Of a stretch of 64,000 nt of DNA, positions 1 through 11,758 are shown piece by piece; within the stretch, counting starts at the first letter, position 1; each line of letters opens with the position of its first letter. The position numbers were made by a program, and so were the translations under genes. Under the pieces are notes generated by a model, which saw only the letters and a list, made by a program, of their open reading frames with translations, was not told where the DNA came from and made no database searches. The DNA comes from Eledone cirrhosa (lineage: Eukaryota): NCBI GenBank assembly GCA_964016885.1, contig OZ024742.1, positions 213,404,001 to 213,468,000 of the forward strand, read 5' to 3'.

Positions 1-551
1 AAAATAGTGTCTGGAATAATTTGAAATAATATTAAGAGATTTCCTATAGGGAAATTTGATATCGATTGGATAAAATGATGGGTCATTGTGTTTCATAATT
101 AGATTCTAAATGAAGGTAATGAGTGGATATTTTCTTCACTATTCTTCTTAATTTTCCTGTTCATATTTCCTACATTATGTTTCAAACATATTTTCTCACG
201 ATATCAGGTGCTAAATTTCTACATATAAATGCATACTGTGATTAGGGTTCAACACTAAACCTTAATATATAACACCGGAGTTTTAATATTCTAAACACCT
301 ATGATGGCATAGTCTTTCTGGACACACTCCTAATATAGTTTTCGTTCATCTTGACGCAATGCATAGCGCTTTCATATAGAAAAGAAATGAAACGTTAAGG
401 TTTTTCTTAAGAAACGATCGATGTAAGCATGGTAAAAAATTTCTGTTAGAAAGCAGCATGTTGCTAGTTACTAACCCTTTCTTCTTGGTTTTGAACACAC
501 ACACACACACACACACGCACAAGCACAATTTTTACAATAGCTTACGTTTAA

Positions 552-762
552 CCCTTTAGCATTTAAACCGGTCATATCCGGCCAGAATTCTCTCACTTCT
601 TTCTGTTCAAACAGGCCACTCATACCAATGTTAAGGCATTGTGCTCAAAATAAATAATATCAAAATCTCATAGATTCAATATTATGTGAGATAATTATGT
701 GAGGTAAAGCCTTTACCGGGAAAATACAACAGTAAATATCGAATAATGAAAATGCTAAAGGC
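552..762. mobile_element. piggyBac-like MITE
   Basis: TTAA at 548-551 and 763-766 flank 13-bp TIRs CCCTTTAGCATTT / AAATGCTAAAGGC (1 terminal mismatch); no ORF. Confidence 0.75.
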
Positions 763-1436
763 TTAATACTCAGTTTGAAGGACAGTCGCAATGTAGTCTT
801 CTTCTAATGCTTGTTTATTCATTGTAAAGCGATCAGCTTGAGATAAAAAGAATAATTAACGCTGTCGGTAATTATTGCTGTACTTGTATTTGTTCGTAAA
901 TGCCTAGTTGAAAATCTGGAAAAGCTTATATTTTTCTGGTAAAACGGTTAACCAGCTAATACACATTAAAAATATCATGAGTAAGTGGAGCAGTAAAAAT
1001 ATGCAATAGTTTTCTAAATTTCAACATGTGACACTGTTTTTTTTTTATCCAAATTACAGCGCCTACCTTCACATAACTGAAAACGAAATAAATAGCATTT
1101 ATACACATGCCATTCTATCCACGGCGAAGCATCTAATTAAAAACAAAAACAACTTGTAATATCTATATAAAATGTATTTTAAATCATCTACTACACACTG
1201 TGGTCTGTATAGATGTTTATTATTTAATTAACTATATTGGTAAATGAATGTACGTTACGTAAATTAGTCTGGCCATTTCAGTTATGCTCTACATCCAGCA
1301 TGACGTAAATAGGAAGTAGAATAAAGATCTTTCTACAAGCATAAACATAGACATAATTATCTTCTGATGAAGAGACAAACAATTTCCGAGACGCAGAATG
1401 AATAGTAAATACTACTACACGACGTTATTTTCAACT

Positions 1437-1557
<121 letters not shown>

Positions 1558-1604
1558 CGACGTCACTGGTGCTAAGTTGTATCGCCCATTACCTTTTCCT
1601 TGTG

Positions 1605-1830
1605 TCAAAAAACAAGATGGTGTAGGACAGAACAAAGGAGAGACAGACAAAATATAAAATAGTCACTGAGGAGGTCACAGAATGTGTGACGAAAGAGCTT
1701 TGACAATATATAAACAACCTTCCGGTTATCGAACCAACCAATCAACCGGAAATTTATAATAAATTGAAGTGAAAACCGTTAGGTGCGTGTGTTTTTATTG
1801 ACAACGTGACCCTCCCAAAGTATAACAATA
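1605..1830 (+). mobile_element. Non-autonomous PLE pLTR-like fragment, family A (hammerhead-bearing)
   Basis: Similar copies at about 2218-2537, 52293-52548, 57995-58430 and an antisense piece at about 18985-19040; ends in (TA)n. Confidence 0.65.
1662..1704 (+). ncRNA. Minimal type-I hammerhead ribozyme motif (family A)
   Basis: gtca-CTGAGGA-g-gtcaca(gaatg)tgtgac-GAAA-gagc-TT-tgac; stems I and II pair. Confidence 0.7.
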
Positions 1831-1836
1831 TATATA

Positions 1837-1892
<56 letters not shown>

Positions 1893-1894
<2 letters not shown>

Positions 1895-2166
1895 AGGAGG
1901 TTATGGTTCACTTGAAGCATTGTGTAATGAGGTATAAACGTTTCAGTATGTATAATAAAGCCAAAACAATGCAGGCATGGACATAGAAAAAAGAATGCAA
2001 TTGCAAACGATATTGTTGACAAATCGTCTTTTACCTTAGATTTATCTAAAGGACATTTAAATAAATCTAAGGTAAAAGACGATTTGTCAACAATATCGTT
2101 TGCAATTGCATTCTTTTTTCTATGTCCATACCTGCATTGTTTTGGCTTTATTATACATATTCAAAC

Positions 2167-2173
<7 letters not shown>
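1893..2173. repeat. Fold-back insert in (TA)n (arms about 1933-2045 / 2061-2173, 15-nt loop, about 40-nt left tail)
   Basis: Near-perfect reverse-complement arms read directly. Confidence 0.9.
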
Positions 2174-2206
<33 letters not shown>

Positions 2207-2217
2207 GTTTGAATATG

Positions 2218-2534
2218 CGTAGGACAGAAGAAAGGAAAGGCACAGAAACAAAGAAAGGAATCCCAAGTCACTGAAGAGGTCACAGAGTGTGTGACGAAAG
2301 GACTATGACTATATATAAACAACTATCTGGTTGTGGAACCAACCAACCAACCAACCAGAAATTTATAAGTTTGTAGATTTGTAAATTTATAAATTTATAA
2401 ATATATAATAAATTGAAGTGAAAGCAACTGGTGCGTGTGTTTCTTATTGGCAACATGACCCCCCCAAAGTATAACAATATCGGTTTCAACACACGATTTC
2501 AGATAAAGAATCTTGCTAAACAAATTCAGAAACG

Positions 2535-2537
<3 letters not shown>
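2218..2537 (+). mobile_element. Family A pLTR-like copy with long (tailed) end
   Basis: Homologous to 1620-1830 but extends about 57 nt further (2481-2537) before (TA)n. Confidence 0.65.
2266..2310 (+). ncRNA. Minimal type-I hammerhead ribozyme motif (family A)
   Basis: agtca-CTGAAGA-g-gtcaca(gagtg)tgtgac-GAAA-ggac-TA-tgact; complete core, 5-bp stem I, 6-bp stem II. Confidence 0.8.
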
Positions 2538-2580
<43 letters not shown>

Positions 2581-2587
<7 letters not shown>

Positions 2588-3047
2588 AATAACAGGAGGC
2601 TGGACTGGTGTAATTCCTTAAAAGGTTTATTATACTATACTATGACCATTTCAATGACCGGTTTCAGTATGAATCCGGTGACATCATCAGGTATTCGAAA
2701 TATAACAAAGGAATATAATAGACAAGATCCATGGGGCTGAAAATCAGAGACAAGAGGGAGACCGAACATTTAGCAGCTTCTACTTCGGTCGGCCGCCCTC
2801 AAGTCTTCTTATATTTCGAACACCTGATGATGTCACCGGATTCATACTGAACCCGGTCATTGAAATGATCATAGTATAATAAACCTTTTAAGCAATTACA
2901 CCAGTCCAGCCTCCTGTTATTTTACAATAATTAACTCCGTACTCGCACCACCAACTACACGAACGAAGACGGGTGAATTTTGCATTACGTTGAGTGCTCT
3001 CCATAATATTACATCGAGGTAGGTTGATCATACAAACCGAAATAAAG

Positions 3048-3048
<1 letters not shown>
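2581..3048. mobile_element. Inverted PLE-like mini-insertion in (TA)n (arms about 2582-2705 / 2809-2930, plus about 120-nt right tail)
   Basis: Arms are reverse complements; each carries a hammerhead core. Confidence 0.75.
2652..2695 (-). ncRNA. Hammerhead-like motif with palindromic loop III
   Basis: Minus strand CTGATGA-tgtcaccggattcatact-GAAA-CCGG-TC; the plus-arm copy (about 2824-2858) has GAAC; stems I and II are weak. Confidence 0.55.
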
Positions 3049-3079
<31 letters not shown>

Positions 3080-3429
3080 TAAATAACAGATTAAAGTTTA
3101 AGCAAAGAATCGCTGCTTTCACCCTTAACGGGATCTTCTGAAACTAACAAAGTCAATCTGTAAACGCAGAACTGGATATTTCAAAAAACGTTGCAACCGG
3201 AGGAAGACGGGAAGACGATACTTTGGTTCGTGGAAACGTTCGCTGTCAAAGAACGGGAAAAAACGAATAATACGTCATTAATAGGAGCGGTGAAAAACAA
3301 TTACGCGCAAAGACAGAACCACGTTTATGGTATAAAAGAGGTCGTAGACTAATGTTCTCTTAGGTGGTGCATAGAGACGTTCTCTGGCAATGAACGACAA
3401 AATTATATATATATATATATATATAATTA

Positions 3430-3923
3430 CAATTTAGCTTCTTCGAACATAGCTGCATACAAATATGTATTTGAATTTCGTATTTCTAAAGAAATACGGT
3501 ATGTTTATAGATAAAAATTTAGAAACCCATATATACGAAAAAGACTGGCAACTAACACCACCCAGCGGTGTCCCAAAGAAGCAATATGGGACAATCGTCG
3601 ATGCATTTCGAACAGAACTGCTTGTCGTCAGGACGATCTCTCCCGTTGTTGCAACTGGTGGACTTTGAAAACAGGTGAAAATATATACTTTTTTCGTTTG
3701 TGTAAATGAAGTGATTAATCTGATTTGCATATGAAGCTGTATAAGTTGGCTCAGGAGATCGTCCTGACAAGAACCAGTTGATTTCGAAATGCATCGACGA
3801 TTGTCCACCTTGCTTCTGCCGGACACCGCTGGGTGGTGTTAGTTGTCAGTGTTTTTCATAGCTATGGTTTTCTATATGTTTATTTATAAACATACCGTAT
3901 TTCTTTATAAATTCGAAATTTAA

Positions 3924-3928
<5 letters not shown>
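3430..3928. mobile_element. Diverged inverted PLE-like mini-insertion in (TA)n
   Basis: Arms about 3466-3640 / 3755-3928 are imperfect reverse complements; hammerhead in both arms. Confidence 0.7.
3594..3637 (-). ncRNA. Type-I hammerhead ribozyme motif
   Basis: Minus strand atcgtc-CTGACGA-(15 nt)-GAAA-TGCA-TC-gacgat; 6-bp stem I, palindromic TGCA loop. Plus-arm copy 3758-3801 has CTGACAA. Confidence 0.7.
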
Positions 3929-4446
<518 letters not shown>

Positions 4447-4449
<3 letters not shown>

Positions 4450-5375
4450 CACGATAAATTAACGGAGCCATAGACTCTCGCTATTCCCTGTCAGTAATGT
4501 ACTCAAAGGAGAAGGAATCCCGAGCTCTTTATAATACAATATGTTGAAACACACCTAGAAATCCAAAGAGATCTGTTTCGCCAATAAGTTGTTGACAGAA
4601 ATGAATAGCCCATGGTTCATCAGCGTGTGTAAGGCTATACATTTCAGACGTACGTGTGTGTTAGATAGTTATCGAGGTATGTATTTACACTTTGAATTTA
4701 TACTTTTAATTATCGTGTGTCTACTCTGCCTTCCATGGGTTATAGATACCATACACTGGTGGTTTTTCCCTGTTTGATTGATGGCGCACTATCTCTCTCT
4801 CTAGTGTGTTACTTTTTCTACATATTGTATTATAAAGAGCTCGGGATTCCTTCTCCTCTCAGCACATTACTGACAGGGAATAGCGAAAGTCTATGACTCT
4901 GTTAATTTATCGTGATATTTTGCTCCTTATAACAGTCTTTCCTCTTTCTCTGTTTGGTTGAGTACACTTCTCTGAGTGGTTTCGGCTGACCTTTCTAGCT
5001 GCTCGTCCCTCAGAGGCCACTGGTTACTGCCTTGGGCACGCTGTGACTTCACTCTTCCACGTGTGGCTGGATGGTCGCTTTAGATTCTCTTACAGTTGTC
5101 TGAAATGTATAGCCTTACACACGTTGATGAACCATGGGCTATTAATTGCTGTCAACAACTTATTGGCGAAACAAATCGCTTTGGATTTGTACGTGTGTGT
5201 TAGATAGTTATCGAGGTATGTATTTACACTTTAAATTTATTCTTTTAATTATTGTGTGTCTACTCTGCCTTTCATGGGTTATAGATTCCATACATAGGTG
5301 GTTTTTCCTTGTTTGATTTATGGCGCACTATCTCCCTCTCTAGTGTGTTACCTTTTCAACATATTGTATTACATA
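4447..5375. mobile_element. Complex nested inverted/direct-repeat insertion (PLE-like pLTR rearrangement)
   Basis: IR about 4447-4545 / 4818-4918; IR about 4558-4650 / 5098-5190; direct repeat about 4650-4830 / 5190-5372. Confidence 0.6.
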
Positions 5376-5384
5376 TATATATAT

Positions 5385-7592
5385 ATGTTTTTTGTCCTGG
5401 GTATGACATTAAACTACATCCAGTGGCAATGCTCAGTTCGGGAGTTCAGGAGCTGTGGGTAATGTGGAGTTACCCCTTAGTTGTCATAACTCCCAGGTCT
5501 GCTCTGGCCCGGAGTAGTAGTACCTGTTAGGGCCCCATTTATGGGTTAAATAACTACCTTATTCGAGTGGCGCCGGTAAGGTATTGTCAGTCATTGAAAA
5601 GAAATATGGAGAGTCTATCTAACAGCACTAGGGTTAGAGCCTCTAATTACACTGTCAAGGAGCAGTCTGGTCGTTATGACTCTGCTGGCTTAGAGCCACA
5701 GGGAGGGCCAGTGGATGATGGATCAGCTGTCTCTGAGACAAATATAAAGAATGCAGTTTTGTCCTGCAGAAGAGCCATCAAAATGGGCACTTTAAATGTG
5801 AGGCCTATTTGGACGCTGGAGAAGAGAGAGGAGTTGGGACATCTGTTCGAGGAGAGTGGTATACAGATACTTGCGATCCAAGGACACAGGATCCTACACG
5901 ATGAGCCCGTGAGGAGTGTGATGATTGGGAAGATGAGTCAGCTCATCACCACATCGGCAGTGAGGAACATGACCAATGCTGCAGTGGGAGGAGTGGGTTT
6001 TGTTCTCAGCACAAAAAACAGTCTATTGTTGAGGGAAATAATACCTGTCTCCCCGCGAGTGTTCAGGGTGACTTTCAATGGAAAACCAAGACTGACAGTC
6101 ATCTCAGCCTATAGTCCAACCGAGGGAGACAGTGATGTGAGTGCGGAAGAGTTCCATGAGGAGGTGTGTAGAGCTGTCAACACCACACAAGCACACAACA
6201 TCCTGCTTGTTCTGGGGGACTTCAATGCACATCTGAGTAAGGAGGGCAGCGAAGATCCTTGCAGGTACTTCCATAACAACACCAACTGAAATGGAAGACT
6301 ACTGAGAGACACCCTGCTGGGGGCAAACTTGATAGCGACCAACCTAAGGTTTAGGAAGAATCCGGGGAAGATGTGGGCCTACATCTTAGATATGCACCTG
6401 TTCACATCCCAGATTGATTTCATTCTATTGAGGAAAAAGTGACAGAATAGCGTTCTGAACACAGAACTATACAACTATTTCAGTACACTGGGTAGTGACC
6501 ACTGGCTTGTTATGAGTGAGGTCCGGGTGAGCTTAAGAAAGAGCAAAGCTCAGCCGCGGAGAGCAATTTATGACTGGGAAGCTTTCAAGGAAGATGATAA
6601 GCTACAGGAGAGGTTCACATTGGAAGTGAGGAACAGGTTCAGTGCTCTGTGTGGAGAGACAGAGGAGAGAGAGATTGGGTGGACTGAGAAGAGTGTGACG
6701 AGGAGGTACGGGTACTTCACCAATGCAGTGGCGGAAGCAAGTGAGACCCTGGTGCCGAGGAGAAAGAACAAAAGGAAGCACGTCAGCTCTGTAGACCCAA
6801 AAGTGTGTGCGGCCAGAGAACACCTGAAAGCTGCCAAGGACCAATTCTATGCTGACCCTACGGAGGAGAGGATGGAGACTGTGGAGGTGATAAGGGAAGA
6901 ACTCTGTACCGCTTACACTGAGGCCAGAGAGGAGGTGCTGATAAAGAAGATCAGAAGTGTGGAGAGAGCAGTTGACAGGTTTGGATGTAAGGAGAGCTGG
7001 ATGATCATCAACAAGATCACAGGGAGGAAGAGAAGGAGTTCGAGTCAGATCCAGGGAATAGGGCCCGAGGATAGGAAGAGGAAATGGCTAGACCATTTTA
7101 GGATCCTACTAGGAGAGCCGCCCTCCACAACCGAGACCACTGGGGAATCAGGGCGGCTGTTTGAAGAACTGTATATTGAAACAGAGCCCTTCACCAGAGA
7201 TGATCGTTAAGGAACCAAGAAGAAGATCAAGGAGGGCAAGGCTCATGGAGAAGAGGGAGTGGCATCAGAGATGATGAAGAGGTGTGATTTTGATGATATC
7301 ATCCTGGGGTTCTGTAACCAGGCACTGGAGAAAGGAGTTGTCCCGAATCAGTGGAGGATCAGTAACATCGTCCCAGTGCCAAAGAAGGGAGATCTCTCTA
7401 ACACCAACAACTACAGAGGGATCTCACTGACGTCACTTGTGGCAAATACCCTCAACAGGATGATTCTTAACAGGATCCAGCGTGAGATGGAGAAGAAGCT
7501 CAGGGACAACCAGAACGGCTTCAGAGAGGGAAGATCAAACACCAGTCACATCTTGATGCTGAGGAGGATATTAGAGGGATCTAGAGCAAAGA
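5385..7592 (+). mobile_element. RTE-like LINE, 3'-truncated, degenerate
   Basis: APE endonuclease motifs (GTLNVR, ILAIQGHR, GGVGF, ISAYSPT, LGDFNAHL) followed by RT N-terminus (PVPKKGDLSNTNNYRGISL, NQNGFREGRS); in-frame stops; RT breaks off before the catalytic DD. Confidence 0.85.
5567..7592 (+). pseudogene. APE endonuclease-reverse transcriptase ORF (disrupted)
   Basis: ORFs 5567-6289, 6512-7210 and 7259-7636 are in the same frame, separated by stops. Confidence 0.85.
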
Positions 7593-7894
7593 GATTTAAT
7601 CTGTTTCGCCCTGAAAATTGTGTTTGTAACAGATAATCCGTAGGCTTTCCTCGGCAAGAGATAAGATCAAATGGAACAAACCACATGTAACTACAATCCA
7701 CACGAATGAATATCTCACCTCGTACGTTGGACGTTAGAAGTGGTGTGAGTGGATATGCTAGAAATAATAGCCTTAGTACACCCAACTTATAAAGCTCACC
7801 TTGTTAGGGAGCCAAAATACAAATAAAATACAGAGTTACTAACTCATATTGATACCCTGCAATTAGAAAGCTCAAAGTATAAATACTGAGCATT

Positions 7895-8080
7895 ATATAA
7901 TTTGACAGTATCGGTAGCGGGTTAGACGCCATGCTTTCCAGCATAGTTACGTCCCTTTACCATCTGAGTTCAAATCCCGCCGAGGTTGACTTTGCCTTTC
8001 ATCCTTACGGGGTCGATAAAATAAAGTACCAGTAATGCACTGGGTATTTGCTGGCCTTGTGCCTAAAGTAGAAACAATTA
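7895..8080 (+). mobile_element. tRNA-derived SINE with Nin/Deu-like domain
   Basis: B-box-like GAGTTCAAATCC, then TTGCCTTTCATCCTTACGGGGTCGATAAAATAAAGTACCAG; many copies in the window; flanked by an IR at about 7815-7856 / 8235-8272. Confidence 0.8.
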
Positions 8081-8431
8081 TATAATAATATATGTAGAAA
8101 TAAACACAGTGATTGTGTGTCTAAAATTACGAGGGTTGAAATACCACATTGGTTTGATAGATTTAACCTGAAGCAAAGGAAACAGATTAAATCTCTAATC
8201 TGTCCGAGAGATGAAATAGTTATTGAGACGGTCTGTATCAATATGAGTTAGTAACTGTGTATTTTATTTGTATATATGTATATATATATATGTATCTCTA
8301 AATGAAACGAAATTTCATTTCTCACTCTTAATACGGCTGTTACTTTAATAGAAGTATGTATACGTACATACATATATGTATACAGACGTACAGTAGTATG
8401 TATATATATTTATATACATGCACACATATGG

Positions 8432-8743
8432 AATGTACGTATGGATTCACCGATCATTTATTATAATGTTCGGTGTGTTTGTAAACAAACATCCCGAATT
8501 AAGCCGTACAGTGTCTAGCAACCATCGTTGCTCATTTGTTCAACACTGACAAAAGAATGCTGTACTAGTTTCAAGCTTATTAGCTATCGTCACTAATAAG
8601 CTTAAAACTAGTACAGCGTTCCTTTGTCAGTGTTGAACAAATGAGCAACGATGTTTGCTAGACACTGTACGGCTTAATTCGGGATGTTTGTTTACAAACA
8701 CACCGAGCATTATAATAAATGTTCGGTGAATCCATACGTACAT
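8432..8743. repeat. About 150-bp-arm fold-back with 9-nt loop
   Basis: Arms about 8432-8583 / 8593-8743; the turn coincides with a degenerate hammerhead core (CTAATAA-gctt-GAAA-CTAG-TA). Confidence 0.9.
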
Positions 8744-8954
8744 ATATACATGTATGTATATATATATATATATATATTCATTAGTTAAGCAAAACAAGAT
8801 CACACATTTCACAAGGAAGACATTATTAAAATATTGTCAACATATTTTAGTTTGATGTAAGGAATGTAGAGGATAATAATAATAATAATATTAATAATAA
8901 TAATGTCCGTTTACAATTGTTTCGCTACTCTGTATAATATTTCTGGATCAGATG

Positions 8955-9075
8955 ACTATGTTTCTACTTTTGGCACAAGGCCAGCAATTACCCAGTGCAT
9001 TACTGGTACTTTATTTTATCGACCCCGGAAGGATGAAAGGCAAAGTTAACCTCGGCGGGATTTGAACTCAGATCA
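8955..9075 (-). mobile_element. SINE (Nin/Deu-like), 3' part
   Basis: Reverse complement of the 7965-8080 sequence. Confidence 0.75.
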
Positions 9076-9644
9076 TAATTTGAACTCAATCCTTTAAAAT
9101 TATAATGATATAATGAAATAGTATGGTAGAATATTAAATGTTAAATGTTAATTGAACAAGTACTTTCATGCTTTCGCAATCTTCAGGTTCATAAACAGTG
9201 GTGACAGTCAAGTTGGCAATTTTCAAGTTGAAAATTGGGTGTCTGAATGTGTGTGAGAAAGTGTGTATGTACAAGTGCATGTGGGAGGAGTTCGAGTCAT
9301 TGGTGTTATATGTGGCGCATAGCAATTTAAGAATATATTATAAATGAATGGTACGACCGATAGACCGATAGATATATATAGAGAAAGAAACAGAAAGACA
9401 AACAGATAGAGAGATAAACATATAATTATAGGGAGGATGTGTGAAGACAGTATAGTAAAGTAGACAGGATTGTAGGACGGTAATGTTTTGTAAATACATT
9501 AAGTAGAATGACAGAGTTACAAATTACCATAGAATACAGTGAATAGGTTAAATTAAGTTAAATTGAATCATATTAAATTAACAACTTATCCAACAACAAG
9601 GCTCAAAATCCACAGTTGTTTGCTAGTTAATTCAATTCAATCTA

Positions 9645-9723
9645 CAGTGACCACCCAAAATATATACACACTTTGATTAGAATGTTGTTGAAGTGTGTAT
9701 ACGTTTTTGGGGGGGACACCGTG
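9645..9723. mobile_element. Tiny Tc1/mariner-like MITE (two TIRs)
   Basis: TA-CAGTG...CAAAATATATACAC ... GTGTATACGTTTTTGGGGGGGACACCGTG-TA; same TIR family as 31872-32217. Confidence 0.5.
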
Positions 9724-9779
9724 TATTTTGATTTCATTCATTCACTTTACATAACTATTATTGTATTTGGTAACAAAGA

Positions 9780-9910
9780 GGATGGTGGTGAATTGGCAAT
9801 ATCGGTAGAGCGTCGCACAACATGCTTTGAAGCATAAAGTTACATTCCTTTATGTTCTGTGTTCAAATACTGCCGAGGTCAACGGAATCGATAAAATAAA
9901 GCACCAGTAA
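9780..9910 (+). mobile_element. SINE (Nin/Deu-like), degenerate
   Basis: ttggcaatatcggtagag...gttcaaat...gccgaggtcaac...gataaaataaag. Confidence 0.6.
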
Positions 9911-10078
9911 CTCCCTGTCAAGCTATTCAATTTATCAATCATTTCTCCACAGCAATCATTTAACTTACATCATTGATCTATGATCATGTACACTTCCTCA
10001 AACAACCAATCTCTCTCTTTCTCAATTCTTCTAAATATATTCGTTACTATCTATCTATCTATCTATTTATTGTGAGAC

Positions 10079-10665
10079 TATGGGGCTATGTAGAACGACT
10101 ATTGTCGCGGGTGGGACCAATCCAGTTGACCACCGAGTCCATTGTCATGATCAAACCGCCACCCTCCTTCAAAAACGAAGGAGAGGCGGTTTTCCTTTGT
10201 GTGATAGCTATGGCGAAAGAGGTTGTATGGTGGACAAGGTTGAAAGGGCTGAGGTCAGACACCTTTCTCTCCGGCCAACAACTGATTCTTTTTTTCAAAT
10301 ACCACTTTGGAAGAAGAATCAGGATGGAGAGAGAGGTGCTGTACCCCAGCAAGTTTTATGAAAGGTGGGTGAAAGTGGCGAGAATGGCCCGAGTGAATGG
10401 GCCTTCTCTCTATATCAGCCTGTAGGTTGAGGAAAAGGCGGAGGAGAGGAAAGGAGTACAAGCTCTTCGTACTCCTGGAGATGAAGGTTGCACATTTTTT
10501 TTCGGGGGTATGTGTTACCCATATAAACTGTCTACCTCTATTGGGGAAAATCGACTAACTTTTAAATTCCATCTGTGATAACATTTTACACGTTTTTATT
10601 GTATGTAAACTTCCCCCTTTGTATTTGTCCCCTTCTTTTGTGCCCCTGTGGCTAATAAAGAAATA
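10079..10665 (+). mobile_element. Tx1/L1-clade LINE, 5'-truncated copy 1 (subfamily B)
   Basis: ORF2 C-terminus (LWGYVERLLSRVG...VNGPSLYISL*) plus 3' UTR ending GTGGCTAATAAAGAAAT; 19-bp TSD 10060-10078 / 10666-10684. Confidence 0.9.
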
Positions 10666-10675
10666 TATCTATTTA

Positions 10676-11697
10676 TTGTGAGACAAGCTCTTCCACAACT
10701 CGTCTCACTAACAGAGCTGCAGTCCTGGGTCAAGTGAAGACCGAAAATGGATGCCTGGTACCTCGAGTGCCCTCTACCAAGCGGAAACGGCAGTCAGCGG
10801 AGACTCCACTTCGACATTCTATAGGGGATTAGTGGAGGATAAGTGCGACGACGTTCTCGGGGAAACTCTAGGCATCGAGGAAGACGAACTGACCAGTCTG
10901 TTCGGGAGGACTTTCCGTCCAGGGCCTATGGATAACTTCCAGAGGTCTCTGGCCAGGCAGTGCTACCAATGAGTTCTACCAGTTTGAGACAACATATACA
11001 GGCACGGACGCCCTGGCAGAGGTCCTGCCAAAAGGACCTGTCCAAGATGCGAGCAGGACATCGAAACCGTTCTGCACGCAATTGTTCAGTGCCCAGGGGT
11101 GACCAACCTGTGGAATTATGTCGAACAGCTACTGTCACGTGTGGGACGCATCCAGTTGCCAGCCAAGTCCATCGTGAGGATCACCCGACCGCCTTCATTT
11201 AAGAGCGAAGGAGAGGCGGTTTTCCTGTTTGGTGGCTATGGCGAAAGAGGTAATATGGTGGACGAGGTTAAAAGGACTGAGGGAAAACACCTTTCTCTGA
11301 GGACAACAACTTATCCCCTTCTTTAAGTACCACTTCAGAAGGAAGTTGTGAGAGAGGGGCTACACCCCAGTAAATTCGCTGAAAGGTGGCTGAATGTGGC
11401 GAAAATGGCCCGAGTGAATGGGCCTTCTCTGTATATAAACCTGTAGGTTGAGGAAGATAAACAGAGGGAAGACAGGAACACTTACAAAACGTGTTCCTGG
11501 TGTTGAGGGTTATTCTATCTACGGGGTGTAAAACAACCCTGCAGTAACGTTCCCCCCATTGGGGATTTCAATTGTTATTTTATTATATATAGTTTAATGT
11601 TATTTATTAATGTTAAAGTTATTTTTATGTAAAACCCCCGCCGTCACGTCTTGTAATGTCCCATTTTTGTACGCTCCTGTGGCAAATAAATAAAGGT
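10676..11697 (+). mobile_element. Tx1/L1-clade LINE, 5'-truncated copy 2 (subfamily A)
   Basis: Highly similar to 15910-16950; 3' UTR followed by (TATC)n. Confidence 0.9.
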
Positions 11698-11758
11698 ATC
11701 TATTATCTATCTATTTGCAGCAACCGTTGCTAAGCAACAGGAATTTAAATATTACCCC

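Noticed and set aside
1357-1397. CTGATGA...GAGA hammerhead-like string
   Set aside because: GAAA is mutated and there is no convincing stem I or UH site.
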